Assembly: GCF_036971445.1 (NCBI RefSeq)
Contig: NC_091472.1
Coordinates: forward strand, 59,210,001-59,274,000
Length of the DNA: 64,000 nt
Origin: Narcine bancroftii
Lineage: Eukaryota
Direction: 5' to 3'
Part shown: piece by piece, positions 11,841 through 24,290 of the stretch
Layout: every line of letters begins with the position of its first letter
Numbering within the stretch: position 1 is the stretch's first letter
The notes under the pieces: model-generated
Told to the model about the DNA's origin: nothing
Databases searched by the model: none
Seen by the model: the letters and a program-made list of their open reading frames with translations, nothing else
Translations under genes and position numbers: made by a program

Positions 11841-12328
11841 TGTTACAGAGTTCTGTGTTGTGTGTTTTTATGTTAAAAATTGACAGTTTGCCTTTAAGAG
11901 CCAAGGTGAAGGTGAACTGTTGAGAGAGTGGGAGACGGACTGGGCATGTGCAGAAAATTATCTAAAAATTTCCGGACTTGAAAGACAAACCACTACTGGG
12001 TGGTGCTGTGGAGTGGAAGAACACCCAAAACATGAGTCATTGTCTGAAAGACAGTTTAGAATGTTGGGCATTTTAAAAGGGATGAACATTCCAAAGGCAG
12101 CCAGATGGATCGAGACCAAGCCAGTTGTTCCTCTCTCTGCAAGCAACACAAGAAGACAACATTGAATTTTGTGCTCTCTCTCCCTCAAAGATCTTTTGGC
12201 TTCAGTTTACCAAACAAACTGAATTTTGTTTATGATCTTTGCTTCTGTTGAGATTGAAGTTTTGTGAGTCTTGTGTGTTTTGTGTTTGTTTTGTGTCTAA
12301 GTTTTTCCATGGGCTGGTTGGAAATATA
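11841..12328 (+). repeat. Left part of the original 5' LTR
   Basis: Shares diagnostic segments with the 3' LTR (ctgttgagaga; aaaattatctaaaaattt; gaagaa..cc..catgagtcat) that are absent from the 1697 and 13822 copies; stops at ggaaatata. Confidence 0.85.
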
Positions 12329-12335
12329 CATAAAC

Positions 12336-14285
12336 ATTGACACATAAACATATATGTATATCTGAATATGAGACTGGATTGCAATTACAATATTTTCACT
12401 CAGATAATGTGCACATGCATATAATGCACAGAAAATCATAAAAGGAGTAAAAATATTTTCATATAGCATGCACACGCATATACCGCATAGGTGTAGTATT
12501 CTACATTCTGACTCACAAGAGCAATTTGCATTTACTTGGGACATGAGCCAAAACAAATTCCATAGTCCCACTATCTGCCACAGTTAATCTTCCATGATTT
12601 ACACCCATTAAACTTCCCTCAGATGTGCCAACTGCCCATTATGTATATTATAATCTCCTGCAACACATTAACAAGCTTTGGAGAAGAATCAATCAAATAG
12701 ATCGAGACAGGCTTCAGAATTAAGAAGGATTTAATTCTGTCATGATTTAAAAAGCCTTTCTTTAAAAGAAACCTTGTCTTGTTAATCTCCTCCCTCAGGG
12801 GATGGGTCTGGGCAATTAATGTTGATAAGGTGCAGTGCCCTAGCCAGAATAACCTGTTTCTCAGATTACCATGGCACTAAAGCCAAAGAGATATTCCCAA
12901 GATCAAAATTTTGATTTTTTTTTCTATTTTGCATGTACCCTGTTTCCATGCCCGCTATAAATTGTGCATGCTCTTTTATTGCCACTCTTATTTTTCCCAT
13001 GCTTGTTATAAATTGCCAGTGCAACTTTCCCATGCCCGCTCTAAATTGTGTTAATTATTTTAACATGTAAAAATATTCTTGTATAGCGCGCACACAGTGT
13101 GCTACCTGGTTTGTAAAAAAAAATGCATATAACAATATGCATTACATGCTTAAAAATATTGTACCGTTCATCTAATCAATACAGTATTTTTTAGAAATGA
13201 TGTATATTTTACAAGATTTAAATTTAAATGTAACTTGAGGAGCATCATTCCAAAATAGGCTTTATTACTTTCACGGAGTTCCAAGCACAAGAAGCTCAAC
13301 TCAAAATCTGCAGTGTAGTTTAAAAAGCATTGTGACTGCACATTAAATCAATGCATTCTTTGATTGCTCTTTGCAAATGATTTCTGGGTTGTTGTCTCAG
13401 TTTAGAAGGTCACTCAGCAATTTGCTATAAATCTGACTTCTGGGTTTTCTTTAGACCTTTGTATTTTTAATATTTGCCACTGTGTAGGTTTTACCATGTT
13501 AGAAGTTTAATAGCTGCCAATATAATACTATACAGTGAAATAAAGAACAATCTCATTCATTTATAATTATTTCATTGACACTAAATAGATAGGATATAGA
13601 AAAGCTAAGAGGTATTTGAACACAAAGAGAACATTTCAAACTGAAGGTAGATAGAACATACAGATCATGAAAAGGCCCTTCAGCCCTTGATGTCTGTGCC
13701 AACCATGATGTCAGTTCATATTAATCCCATTTGTCTGCATATGAACTATATCCTTCTAGCCTGTTCATATGTCTGTTTAAATGCCTCTTGCATGTTGGTT
13801 TTGTATCTACTGTACTGCTAATGGTACAGAGTTCTGTGTTATGTATTGGCCTATGTGTTGTGTGATTTTGTGTTGGAAAGTGACAGTTTGCCTTAGAGAG
13901 CCAAGGTGAAGATGGGAGATGGACTGGGCATGTGCAGAAGATGATATAGAAATTTCTAGACTCGGAAGACAAACCACCACTAGGTGGTGCTGTGAAGTGG
14001 AAGGAATCATTGTCTGGGAGGCAGTTTAGAATGTTGGGCATTTTAAAAGGAATGAACATTCCGAAGGCAGCCAGAAGGATCCAGACCAAGCAATTGTTCC
14101 ACTCTCTGCAAGCATCACAAGACAACTTTGAATTTTGTGCTCTCTCTCTCGCTCTCAAAGATCTTTTGGGTTCTTTTTACCAAACAAACTGAATTTTGTT
14201 TATGATCTTTGCTTCAGTTGAGATTGAAGTTTTGTGAGTCTTGTGAGTTTTGTGTCTAAGTTTTTTTTTCTGTGGGCTGGTTGAA
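12336..14285 (+). repeat. Recipient copy of the ~2 kb duplication, inserted in the 5' LTR
   Basis: Aligns to 30-~2160; lacks the ~200 bp at ~1190-1400; retains 27 bp near 12500 that the donor lacks. Confidence 0.9.
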
Positions 14286-14493
14286 ACTATAAATTCATCT
14301 TTAATTACATATGTTATATTTAGGCTGGGGAATTTATTAGTTTTACAATTTTATAGAAATTTGCATAGTAACCAGTGGGCATTGTTATAAAAGGGGATTT
14401 TGACTTAAAGTTTGAAGGTGAATTTTTTGTTAATAAAGTAATTATCCCTGTCTGATATGCCTTCTTTGTGGTTGCTGGTTTGATCTTGTAACA
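13822..14493 (+). repeat. Chimeric full-length LTR (left part 1697-type, right part provirus-type)
   Basis: TGGTACAG..CTTGTAACA; variants match the 1697 copy up to ~14285 and the 3' LTR afterwards. Confidence 0.8.
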
Positions 14494-14498
14494 TAACT

Positions 14499-14518
14499 TG
14501 CGGGTTTTCTCTGGGATC
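14499..14518 (+). promoter_or_regulatory. Degenerate primer-binding site, probably tRNA-Pro
   Basis: tgcgggttttctctgggatc just after the LTR resembles TGGGGGCTCGTCCGGGAT. Confidence 0.5.
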
Positions 14519-14639
14519 AAACCAATTTGGATGCTTTAGGGGCGATTGACTTGTGCTTAGTTATCAGTCAACCTCCAGTTTGAAATTAAAAATAAACGAT
14601 GAGTGTATAAATCGCCAGCAGAAAAAACAGCAACTAGGA

Positions 14640-16201
14640 ATATTGACCAGTTCATAGCGAACCCTTCAGTGGTTAATTTAAAAATGGCTAAAAAGTCAGA
14701 ACTGGTGGTTATAGTTGGCAAGTTAAAACTTCTTACACTAAGAACTGGGATGAAAAAGAAGGAAATTGCCTGAAAGATTGTTAAACATTATGTAGAAAAG
14801 GAGGAATTTGAAGAAGCTCCATTGGAACAGTTTCCAAAGGAGAAAACTTCAGAGGAAGTAAAGTTGACTTTGAGAAAACTAGAGTTAGAGGAAAAAAGAG
14901 AGGCAGAAATGGAGGAGAGAGAGAAAGAACAGAAACATGAACTAGAACTAGCAAAATTAAAGCTGACCGTAACGCAAGGAGAGGGAGGAGCCCAAAACCT
15001 ACGTGCTGGTCAGGAGGAGAGGTTTCTGGTCAGTAGAGAAGTGAGGTTAGTTCCTCCATTTGAGGAAGATGAAATAGACTAGTATTTTCAGCATTTTGAG
15101 AAAGTAGCTGTAAATTTAAAATGGTCACTCCTGTAACAAAGTGTTCTTAAAGGGAAAGCCCAACAGATGTATTCGTGTCTCACTGTACAACAAGCAGCTG
15201 ATTATGAATTTGTAAAGTAGGCTATACTCAAATCTTATGAAATAGTCCCAGAAGCTTATAGACAAAAATTCAGGAGTTTAAAAAATGCAGCAACCCAATC
15301 TTACCTGGATTTTGCTTATAGGAAGGTTGTGTGTTTTGATCGATGGTGTGCCGCAATGAAAGTAGAAAATAACTTTGATTTATTGAGGGAAATCATCCTG
15401 ATTGAGGAGATTAAAAATTGTGTTACTGACGATATCCAAGTGTACTTGGCAGAGAAAAATATAAAAACTTGCCAAGAATTGGCTAAATTCGCAGAGGTAT
15501 TTGCTTTAACCCACGAGTCTAAGTGGACACCAGGGAAAACCTTTCAAAGGAATACTGCTGATAATCCAAGTAGAGTACAAAGAAAATCTAGAAGTGAGGT
15601 TAAAGGAAGAGAGGAAGAGAAATGGGTGAAGGAAAAAAATTCAAGTGTTATTTGCCACTATTGTAAGAAGCAAGGGCACATAATAGCAAATTGTCCTGTA
15701 CTGAAAAGGAAGAAAGAGAAAGAGGTGGTACCAACTGCCTGTGTTCAGAGTGAGAAAGTTAGGGATATTTTTAAACCATTCATGAATGAAGGTTTCATTT
15801 TAGTTAAAGAAGGATCCACTCAAGTGCCAGTTAAAATCCTGCAGGATACTGGAGCAGCCCAATCACTTGTATTAAGCAACATTTTGAATTTTGATGAGGA
15901 GACCGATACTGGAGATGTGAATTTAATTAAAGGGATCGGTGGTGAAGCAGAGCCTATACCTTTGCATAGAATAGTGATGAAATCAGACTTAGTTAATGGC
16001 CGGGTTACGATAGGGATAAGATCAAGTCTGCCCCTGGATGGAATTTTTCTTTTGTTAGGGAATGATTTAGCAGAGGGTAAAGTCATACCTGCAGTGAAAC
16101 TCAGAAGTAAGCCATTGGTTTATGAGTCTGAAAAGGATTTGGAAATCTACCCTGCGTGTGCCATTACTAGAGCCATGTCTAGAGGTAGAGAAAGTCTGTG
16201 A
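14640..16201 (+). pseudogene. gag (SCAN-like capsid domain, CCHC knuckle) and aspartic protease, disrupted
   Basis: EVRLVPPFEEDEID; EAYRQKFR..FDRWC..LREIILIEE; CHYCKKQGHIIANC; ILQDTGAAQS; LLGNDL; in-frame stops. Confidence 0.85.
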
Positions 16202-17460
16202 TGATCCTGTAGTGGAGGCAAACGAGGACAAACCTAAGGATCCATCGTTACTGTTGTCAAGAGAAGAATTAATAGCTAGACAAAAGCATGATCCTGATCT
16301 TGCTGGGATAAGAGATAAGATTTTGTTTAACCAGGAAATTGAAACTGTGCCAGTAGGTTACTTTGTTCAAGGTGGAATATTGATGAGAAAGTGGAGACCA
16401 CAAGTGATACCAGCCAGTAAAAAGTGGGCGGTAATAAGGCAAGTTGTAATTCCCAAAATTTACAGGAATTAAATATTAAAGTTGGCTCATAGTACACCTT
16501 ATGGAGGTCATCTTGGAGTGAAGAAGGTGGTAGAAAAGATAGGGAAACATTTTTATTGGCCAAAATTAAGAAAGGATGTTGTGAACTTTTGTAGAACCTG
16601 TCATACTTGTCAACTGGTGGGCAAGCCTAATCAAAGACTACCAGTGGCACCTTGACAACACATCCCTGCTTTCAGTGATAGTGAAATGAATATTTGGTAA
16701 CACTCATGTGCACAGCTTCAAGGTTTCCAGAAGCTATTCCCCTGAGAAACATTAAAGCAAAGACAATTGTGAAGGCTATGCTAAAAATTTTCACACTTTT
16801 TAGCCTACTAAGGGAAATTCAATTGGACCAAGGGAGTAATTTTATGTCTGGAATATTACAACATGTGGTGTATGAATTGGGAGCCCATCAAATTGTGTCA
16901 TTTGCCTATCATCTGGAAAGTCAAGGGGCCTTGGAAAGGTTCCATTTAATTGTGAAAAATATAATGAGGGCTTATTGCGTGCAAAATAATAAGGATTGGG
17001 ATGAAGAAATCCATTTGTTATTGTTTGCTGTTAGAGAGGCAACTCAGGAGTCTCTTGGCTTTAGTCCATTTGAGTTGGTGTTTGGTCATGAAGTCAGGGG
17101 TCCATTACTATTGTTGAAGGAACAGTGGATACATAATGATATACAATCAAATCTTTTGGATTATGTTTTCAAATTTAAAAACAGATTACATCAGGCTTGC
17201 AAGATGGCAATGAAAAATTTAAAAACTGCTCAGGGAAAAATGAAAATTTGGTATGATCAAAATGCAAAAATTAGGGACATTAAACCTGGTGACAAAGTAT
17301 TAGTTTTGTTTCCAATGCAGTGAAACCCTTTGAGAGCTCAGGTTTCAGGACCATATAAGGTGAAATCAAAAATTAACCAGGTCACCTATGTCATTGAGAT
17401 GCCTGATCATTGAAGAGAGACACAGGTTTGTCACGCGAACATGTTTAAACCTTACTTTGA
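16202..17460 (+). pseudogene. Integrase, disrupted
   Basis: HSTPYGGHLG..CRTCHTCQ zinc-binding motif; RFPEAIPLRNI; DQGSNF; SQGALERFH; GFSPFELVFGHEVRGPL; GPY motif. Confidence 0.9.
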
Positions 17461-17559
17461 GAAAATGACTGAGGAGGAGACTAGGATTCCAACCAAGGTG
17501 CTAGTTATAGAAGAAAGTAAGGAGGAGATAAGTTTTGTGGAAGGTCATGGAGCACAGAA

Positions 17560-18973
17560 AGTGATTAGCCCCAGGCTTGAAAATTTTATAGTTTTGCAAA
17601 ACTTAGACACAAAGTTAATGTGTTTGACTAAATCAGAAAGGGACAAAATGAAGACATTACTTATAAAATTTAAGGATATATTCCCAGATGTTCCAAGAAC
17701 TGCTGTGGCTTGTCATGTTGTGGAGGTCAGTGATGCTTAGCCTATTAAGCAGCATCCTTATCAAGTTAATCAGGAAGAGAGCAAATTGTTGGATCAAGAG
17801 GTGGATTATATGCTCAAAAATGACATAATCCAAAAATCAAGTTCAAATTGGAATTCACCTTGTGTTCTGGTCCCTAAACCAGATGGCTCAATTAGGTTTT
17901 GTACAGATTATCGAAAGGTAAACATGGTGACAAAGACTGATGCGTTCCCTATTCCCAGAATAGATGATTGTATAGACAAGGTGGGGAAGGCTAAGTTTCT
18001 TACAAAGATTGATCTCTTAAAAGGATACTGGTGTGTTTCTTTGACAGAGAAAGGCAGGGAGATTTCTGCATTTGTTACAACTTCAGGATTGTATGAGTAT
18101 AATGTTATGCCTTTCAGGGTGAAAAATGCACCTGGCACATTTCAGAGAATGATTAATGCAGTAATTCAGGGTTTAGAGCACACAGGAGCCTATAATCAAT
18201 GATTTAGTAATTAGTACAGACACATGGGAAAAATACATGCTTGAATTAGAGCAGTTATTTCAGAGACTTGTGGAAGCACACCTCACAGTGAATTTGCACA
18301 AGAGTGAATTTGGACATGCCACTGTAATTTATCTCGGTTATGTGGTAGGATAGGGACAGGTGGCACTGGTTGGAGTGAAAGTCTTGGCTATCACTGTGTT
18401 CCCTATCCCTGGTAATAAGAAAGCTCTTCAGAGATTTCTAGGTATGATTGACTACTATCATAGATTTTGTAAAAACTTTGCAGAAATTGCACTCCCATTA
18501 ATAAAACTACTTGGAAAGAAAGAAAAATTTATCTGGTCAGATGCATGTGAGGAAGCGTTTCTGAAGTTAAAGGCTATTTTATGCCATCAGCCTGTACTTG
18601 TGTCCCCTAACTTTGAAAAGCCATTCTCTTTAGCTGTGGACGCCAGTGACAAACTGGTTGGTCCTGCACTGTTACAGAAGAAGGATGGTGATTTTTGTAC
18701 TTCTCAAAAAGGTTTAATGGCCATCAACAAAATTATTCAACCTTTGAGAAGGAGCTATTAGCCCTTGTTTTAGTGTTGCGACATTTTGATGTGTATATTT
18801 GTACTGCTCAAAAACTGCTAATAATATATAATCCATTAGTTTTTCTGTTTAAAATGAAAAATAAGAATAGATAGTTATTGAATTGGAGCCTACTATTACA
18901 ACAATATGATTTAATTATTACACACATAAAGGGGATGGATAATGTAATAGCAGATTGTTTGTCCAGATGTTAA
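17560..18973 (+). pseudogene. Reverse transcriptase and RNase H, disrupted
   Basis: SPCVLVPKPDGSIRFCTDYRKVN; KIDLLKGYW; VMPF..KNAPGTFQR; RFLGMIDYY; LAVDAS; ends KGMDNVIADCLSRC-stop. Confidence 0.9.
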
Positions 18974-19094
18974 TCTGGGTAGATATGAATCTAATCACAG
19001 ACTTACTGTAAAAAATTGAGTGTTTATTTTATTTTATTTATGTAATACTTCTATTAATCATTAAAAATTTGTTCTTGTGGACCAATTTTTTTTT

Positions 19095-19106
19095 AAGCAG
19101 GGGAGT
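19095..19106 (+). promoter_or_regulatory. Polypurine tract
   Basis: aagcaggggagt after a T-run, directly before the 3' LTR. Confidence 0.7.
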
Positions 19107-19835
19107 TGTTACTGAGTTCTGTTTTGTGTATTGACCTATGTGTTGTGTGGTTTGGTATTTAAAAAGTGACAGTTTGTCTTTAAGAGCCAAGGTGAAGGTG
19201 GACTGTTGAGAGAATGGGAGAAGGACTGGGCATGTGAAGAAAATTATCTAAAAATTTCTGGACTTGGACTATAAACCACCATTGGGTGGTGCTGTGGATT
19301 TGAAGAAGGCCCAGAGCATGAGTCATGTTCTGGAAGACAGTTTAGAATGTTGGGATTTCAAAAAGAGATGAACATTCCGAAGGCAGCCAGAAGGATCCAG
19401 ACCAAGCCATTGTTCTTCTCTCTGCAACCAACACAAGAAGAAAACTTCGAATTTTGTGCTCTCTCTCTCTCTCCTTCACAAAGATCTTTTGGCTTCAGTT
19501 TACCAAACAAACTGAATTTTGTTTATAATCTTTGCTCCGGTTGAGATCGAAGTTTTATGAGTCTTGTGTGTTTTGTGTTTGTTTTGTGTCTAAGTTTTTT
19601 CTGTGGGCTGGTTGGAAATATTACTTAGACTTTAATTACATATGTTATATTTAGGCTGGGGGATTTATTAGTTTTACACTGTTATAGAAATTTGCATAGT
19701 AACCAATGGGCATTGTTATGAAAGGGGGATTTTGAATTAAAGTTTGAAGGTGATTTTTTTGTTTATAAAGTAATTGTTCATCTTTACCCCTGTGTGATAT
19801 GCCTTCTTTGTGGTTGCTGGTTTGATCTTGTAACA
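19107..19835 (+). repeat. 3' LTR of the Gmr1-type provirus
   Basis: TGTTAC...GTAACA termini (terminal inverted repeat); aligns with the other three LTR copies. Confidence 0.9.
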
Positions 19836-20490
19836 GCACAGACTCTAACTCTTCCTTTTCACCAATAGATTTCCTGAGAATTCTTTTGTTAATTCGATAA
19901 TAAACACAATCTGCATTGCAGTTTCTGGAGAAACACCCCTAAAAATTATTTTTTGTTGTGACATTCTCAATTCTCTTCACCTTTATTTTATATCCAGTCC
20001 ACATTCCAGACCTGAGCGCCAACTGCAATCTAAACTCTCAGTGACTCATAACCAACTCTGAGTATGCAGATCCACAGATCATGCATACTTAGCCAGATGC
20101 CAAACCTTTGTCCCATCTATTAGAGATCATTTTCAAGCATCCTCAATCTTAATATATATCTCTGATTTTGAAATTCATATCTATAGATCCTGTGAGTTGA
20201 TTTTGGGTTGAGGCGTGTGCTGAATTTTTCAATGATTTTGTCACAATTTTCATTTTGCTGCTCACTTGCTAAAGACTCACTGAATTATCTCATCCTTCCT
20301 TCTTGGTTCACAAAGTAATATAGATAATCTTTTTCTCATACTGGGCTTTCTTACATTTGTAAACACCTTTGCCACATCATCAGTTTCCCAGTTCATCATA
20401 AACAGGAACTGCAGATAAAGATGCAAGCTGGATAGATTTTTTTTAAATTCCAGATTTGGCAATTGCATTTGCACCAAATAAAGATTATTT

Positions 20491-20780
20491 TGTAGCGTCC
20501 CACTACCCGGGAGGTATCCTGATACAGAAAATGGCAGACAAACGTGGCGATTGCAGAAGGCCTGCGCAGGCTAATGGCCTTTTTCCTCAGCCAACAGGTA
20601 TGCTGACCAATCAGTGGCTAGAACGTTGCTGATGTCACTTCCGCTGACAACGGCAAGAAAACAAGTCCCAGCAGCGGGAAACTGGGCCAATATAAGCAGG
20701 AGCAGGGAGTTCATTAAAGCAGTCTTGACTATAACCGCATCGAATGTGTGTCGTTCCTCCATTCTCTGCCGTAGCACCCA
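20491..20780 (+). mobile_element. Probable solo LTR (~290 bp)
   Basis: Starts TGTAGCG; GC/CpG-rich island in AT-rich DNA; CCAAT, TATAA and ATTAAA in LTR order; 3' CA end and TSD not clear. Confidence 0.55.
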
Positions 20781-21202
20781 TTCCAATTGTTCATTTACTA
20801 ATTTTTCTATTACCATCTCACTCTTTTGCTTTTGTTTGTCAGAGCACGAGTGGCTATTTAGATTTTCAGACTAAAGTTCATTTACTTTTCTAGCTTTATA
20901 TAGTAAAAAAATACATATACAGGGCACAAAATATAGTGAACTAGTATTCACAACTTCTATTCATAATTAACTTTGATAGCCAACGATAAGGAATAACCAC
21001 AAAGAATAAAGGAATAATCCTTTAGTGAGGGAAACCATAGATTTGAATGATGATTCAGACATTGATCCTTATACTTAGAACATCCAATCAAGAAGCTTTT
21101 TCCTACATTCCTATGCTAAGAATACATTTAAAATAAACTTTAAAAATAGTTTAATTTCAAAGGATATTTGACCAAAATTATGAACACAATCATATATATC
21201 TG

Positions 21203-21680
21203 ATAAAACACAAAAGTCTGCAGATGCTGTGATTGTAGTAAAAACACAGAAATGCTGCAGGAACTCAGCAGGTCTCGCAGCTCCCATAGGAGATAAGATG
21301 TATTGCCGAGACCTCAAGGTATGAACAAAGAGCAGGTAGGGGCCTATATTAAAAAGGCTGGTGAAGCTGGAACAATGTGAAGGGGAGGGGTACAGACCAA
21401 GAGACAAAAGGTGTTAGCTGGATTTGATCAGAGGACAGGAAAGAGGAAAGTTGTAAATTGTTTGGGAGAGGGGGTAGTTTTTCGCTCTGTGAAATGACAC
21501 AGAGGGAAAAGGGAAGAGAGAGAGAGAGAGAGACAGAGCTTGAGGTAAGGAGATATAGGGAAAGATGGGGACAGGGAGCTAACAGAAACTGGAGAAGTCC
21601 ATGTTAATGCCATCCGGTAGGAGGATGTCCAGACGGAATTTGCGAGACTATGGGCAGACATGTCGGCAAGGGAATGAGGT
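21203..21680 (-). mobile_element. Penelope-like element 3' end (pseudo-LTR)
   Basis: tctgcagatgctg..aatgctgcaggaactcagcaggtc..purine-rich tract..gtccatgttaatgccatccgg (GIY-YIG C-terminus, as at ~34220). Confidence 0.75.
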
Positions 21681-21749
21681 TGTCACGATGGCTTTGTGCA
21701 TGGCAAATTGTGCCTCACTAATCTGATAGAATTTTAAAAAATAACCACT

Positions 21750-22630
21750 ATTCTCTATCAGGATGATCTTAAATCGCTCCACTTCCTGCAACAAAGATTC
21801 ATTCAGTTACACTCCAACTACACTGCCCATCCTTCCTCTTTTGACTCCTCTCACTTCCTACAAAACAATCGTGTATCCATGGGGACTCAAATGAATCCCT
21901 GCTTTTTGGGTATGTGGAACAGTCCTGTTTCTAAAGCTATCCTGCCACCAACCACCAATTCATTCTCCATTTTTTTGATGACTGTATTTGGGCTGCTTCC
22001 TGCAATCATGCAGAATTCTTTTATGTTAATTGTATCACTGTTGCTACTTACTTTTACCCTGGGCCTCAGATTTATCCCACCATTTTCTGACACCTCTTTG
22101 CCTCGATCTCAGGAAACAAAATATTCACTGGCATTTATATAACTAACTGTCTCCCACAGCTGCCAGGTCTACCCACCCTGTCTCTTGTTATGTGCCTTTT
22201 TCCCAGTGTCTCTACCTTCTTCACCACATTAATAGTTCCCATTATCATCATTTCATTTTTTTAACTTATCAGATTCTGGCACTGTTAGTATTATTCCCAC
22301 TTATCTTTCTCCTCCTTCACCCTTCCTGGCACATCTCGCTCCATCTGCCTTGTGTTTGCCCAACACCTATCAATCACCTGTATCTGTACCCCAACCACCT
22401 CTCATTCACCCCCACTAGGCTCCTTCTGTCTGCCTTCCTTCAACCCTGCCTGTTTCATCAGTTCTCTAACAACCTTTGTGTCATCCCTCCCACCCTCTCC
22501 TCCATTTATTGGCCAACTTCCCTCTCAACAATCAGTCTTGATGAAGGGTTCCCATTTGAAACATCAAAAATTCCATTTTGCCCCAGCAATGCATACTTTC
22601 TATAGCAGATTTTTTTTTTTGTTTCCTGTA
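21750..22630 (+). mobile_element. Penelope-like element, internally deleted RT fragment plus 3' end
   Basis: tctcacttcctacaaa..ccatggggactcaaatg (HFLQ..MGT); pyrimidine-rich 3' UTR; cttgatgaaggg..gaaacatc hammerhead-like core at 22537-22565. Confidence 0.7.
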
Positions 22631-23144
22631 TTCACTGTCAACCAACCAACCAAACCTGCTCCTGCCTTGAGAAAACGATTTGGCACAAATTTTCTCAAAT
22701 AAATAGCTTGATAACTGTCTTATCCAGTAGATGCTCTTTGAGGTTTATAAACATCCTAATGTTGGTTGATATCTCATTAAGCCTATGCCACATGTTCAAT
22801 CAACTATTAAAACAATTAAACTCTTTGCATGTTTGTGAATAGGTCTGATATTTTCAAACTTTTAAAGACATTAAAAATCTATTAAAATTAAGCATGCTAT
22901 TAATTAAAGTTAAACATCATTAATGTTTTGAAATAAAATTAAAATCGAATCATAAAGAAAGCTGGAGAGTAATAGAAACAAATGCAATGACATTAAAACA
23001 ATTTTTAAAAAAGTTCCTTCTCTCCTTCAAAGTCATTTTACTTCATTGTTCCAATGTGGCTCAGGTTCTGCAGGCAGAGTTGCCAGCATACTTGCTGGGA
23101 AATGGAGGAAAATTGATGTGGCACTGTTTTATTTCTTGTGGTGG

Positions 23145-24290
23145 TGGGGGGGAAGGAAAGGGGTTCAACATCAGAGTAGATTTGCAATAAGAGGGGTAAT
23201 TGCTTATTCTTGTAGACATGATTCTTATTCAAAAATAGATATGTTTTTGATGTCAGCACAGTTACAAGGAAGATTTATACATACAGAGTATAAAACTAGG
23301 ATTTTATCTAATCATTCACCACTTTTGATGTCATGTTTAGCTTATGAAAAGGAAAAATCATCTTATAGATGGAAATTTAATTCTACATTGTTGAAAAGGG
23401 TAGATTTTTGCAATTTTATAAGAAAACAAATTCAAGAAGTTTTAGAAATTAATCTTAATTCATTGGATAACAAATGTATTTTATGGGATACATTGAAAGC
23501 TTATTTAAAGGTCAGATAATAAGTTATTCAGCAAAAAAAATATAAGAAGGACTATACTAAAGAAATTGATTATTTGGAAAAAGAGAAAGAGAGTTTGGAA
23601 AAATATTTGGGGCAAAAGGCTTCTGCCCAAAAAATGGAAAAGTTTAATTAAAAAAAGAAATGTTATTATAATACAATCCAGACTCATTGAACTGCAAAAT
23701 TAATTGAGAGAAGTAAACAAAAGTATTATGAATTGGGAGAAAGAGCGCATAAAGTTTTAGCTCGGCAATTGAAGGCAGAACAAACCTCTAGAATACTTAA
23801 TGCTATTAAAAAGAATTCTAAGAAGATGACTTATAAACCTCAAGAAATAAATGATTCATTTAACATATTTTATTTTAATCTATGTAGATCTCAGTTTAAT
23901 AGTGATGAGATTAAAATTGATAATTTTTTTGTCTCAAATTAGTTTACTTACCTTGAATTGTCAAGATCAAAAAGATTTATGGCAAGAGAAATTAGTGGGG
24001 TTCTTAGTTCTTTGCAAAGTGGGGGTAAATCACCAGGGGAGGATGGTTTTCTGCCAGAGTTTACTAATTTACTATAATTTACTATAAGAACTTTAAAGAT
24101 TTATTAATACCTCCTTTTATAGAGGTGTTGAAACAAACAGCAGAAACTCATTCTCTACTGGAATCTTTTTCAAAAGCTATTATAACTGTGATAACTAGGA
24201 AAGATAGAGATTTGTTAAAAACTGAATCTTACAGGCCAATATCTTTATTATCTACTGATAATAAAATTATTGCTAACATTTTGGCAAATA
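23145..24290 (+). mobile_element. L1-clade LINE ORF2 fragment (endonuclease end to RT start)
   Basis: YSCRHDSYSKIDMFL..LSNHSPL..WKFNSTLL..LWDTLKAYL; GERAHKVLARQLK; ESYRPISLLSTDNKIIA. Confidence 0.85.

Larger units (their letters stand above)
11841..19835 (+). mobile_element. Decayed Gmr1-type Ty3/Gypsy provirus with interrupted 5' LTR
   Basis: TG..CA LTRs, degenerate PBS, PPT, domain order gag-PR-IN-RT-RH; candidate 4-bp TSD acac (11837-11840) / gcac (19836-19839). Confidence 0.9.

Noticed and set aside
12336-14285. Duplication as a haplotype or assembly artefact
   Set aside because: Copies differ by many substitutions and reciprocal indels and have a coherent junction; long reads would still be the final check.
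13822-19835. Treating 13822-14493 and 19107-19835 as the original LTR pair for dating
   Set aside because: Flanks do not match (ctaa vs gcac) and the left part of 13822 derives from the 1697 LTR, so an age from this pair would be wrong.
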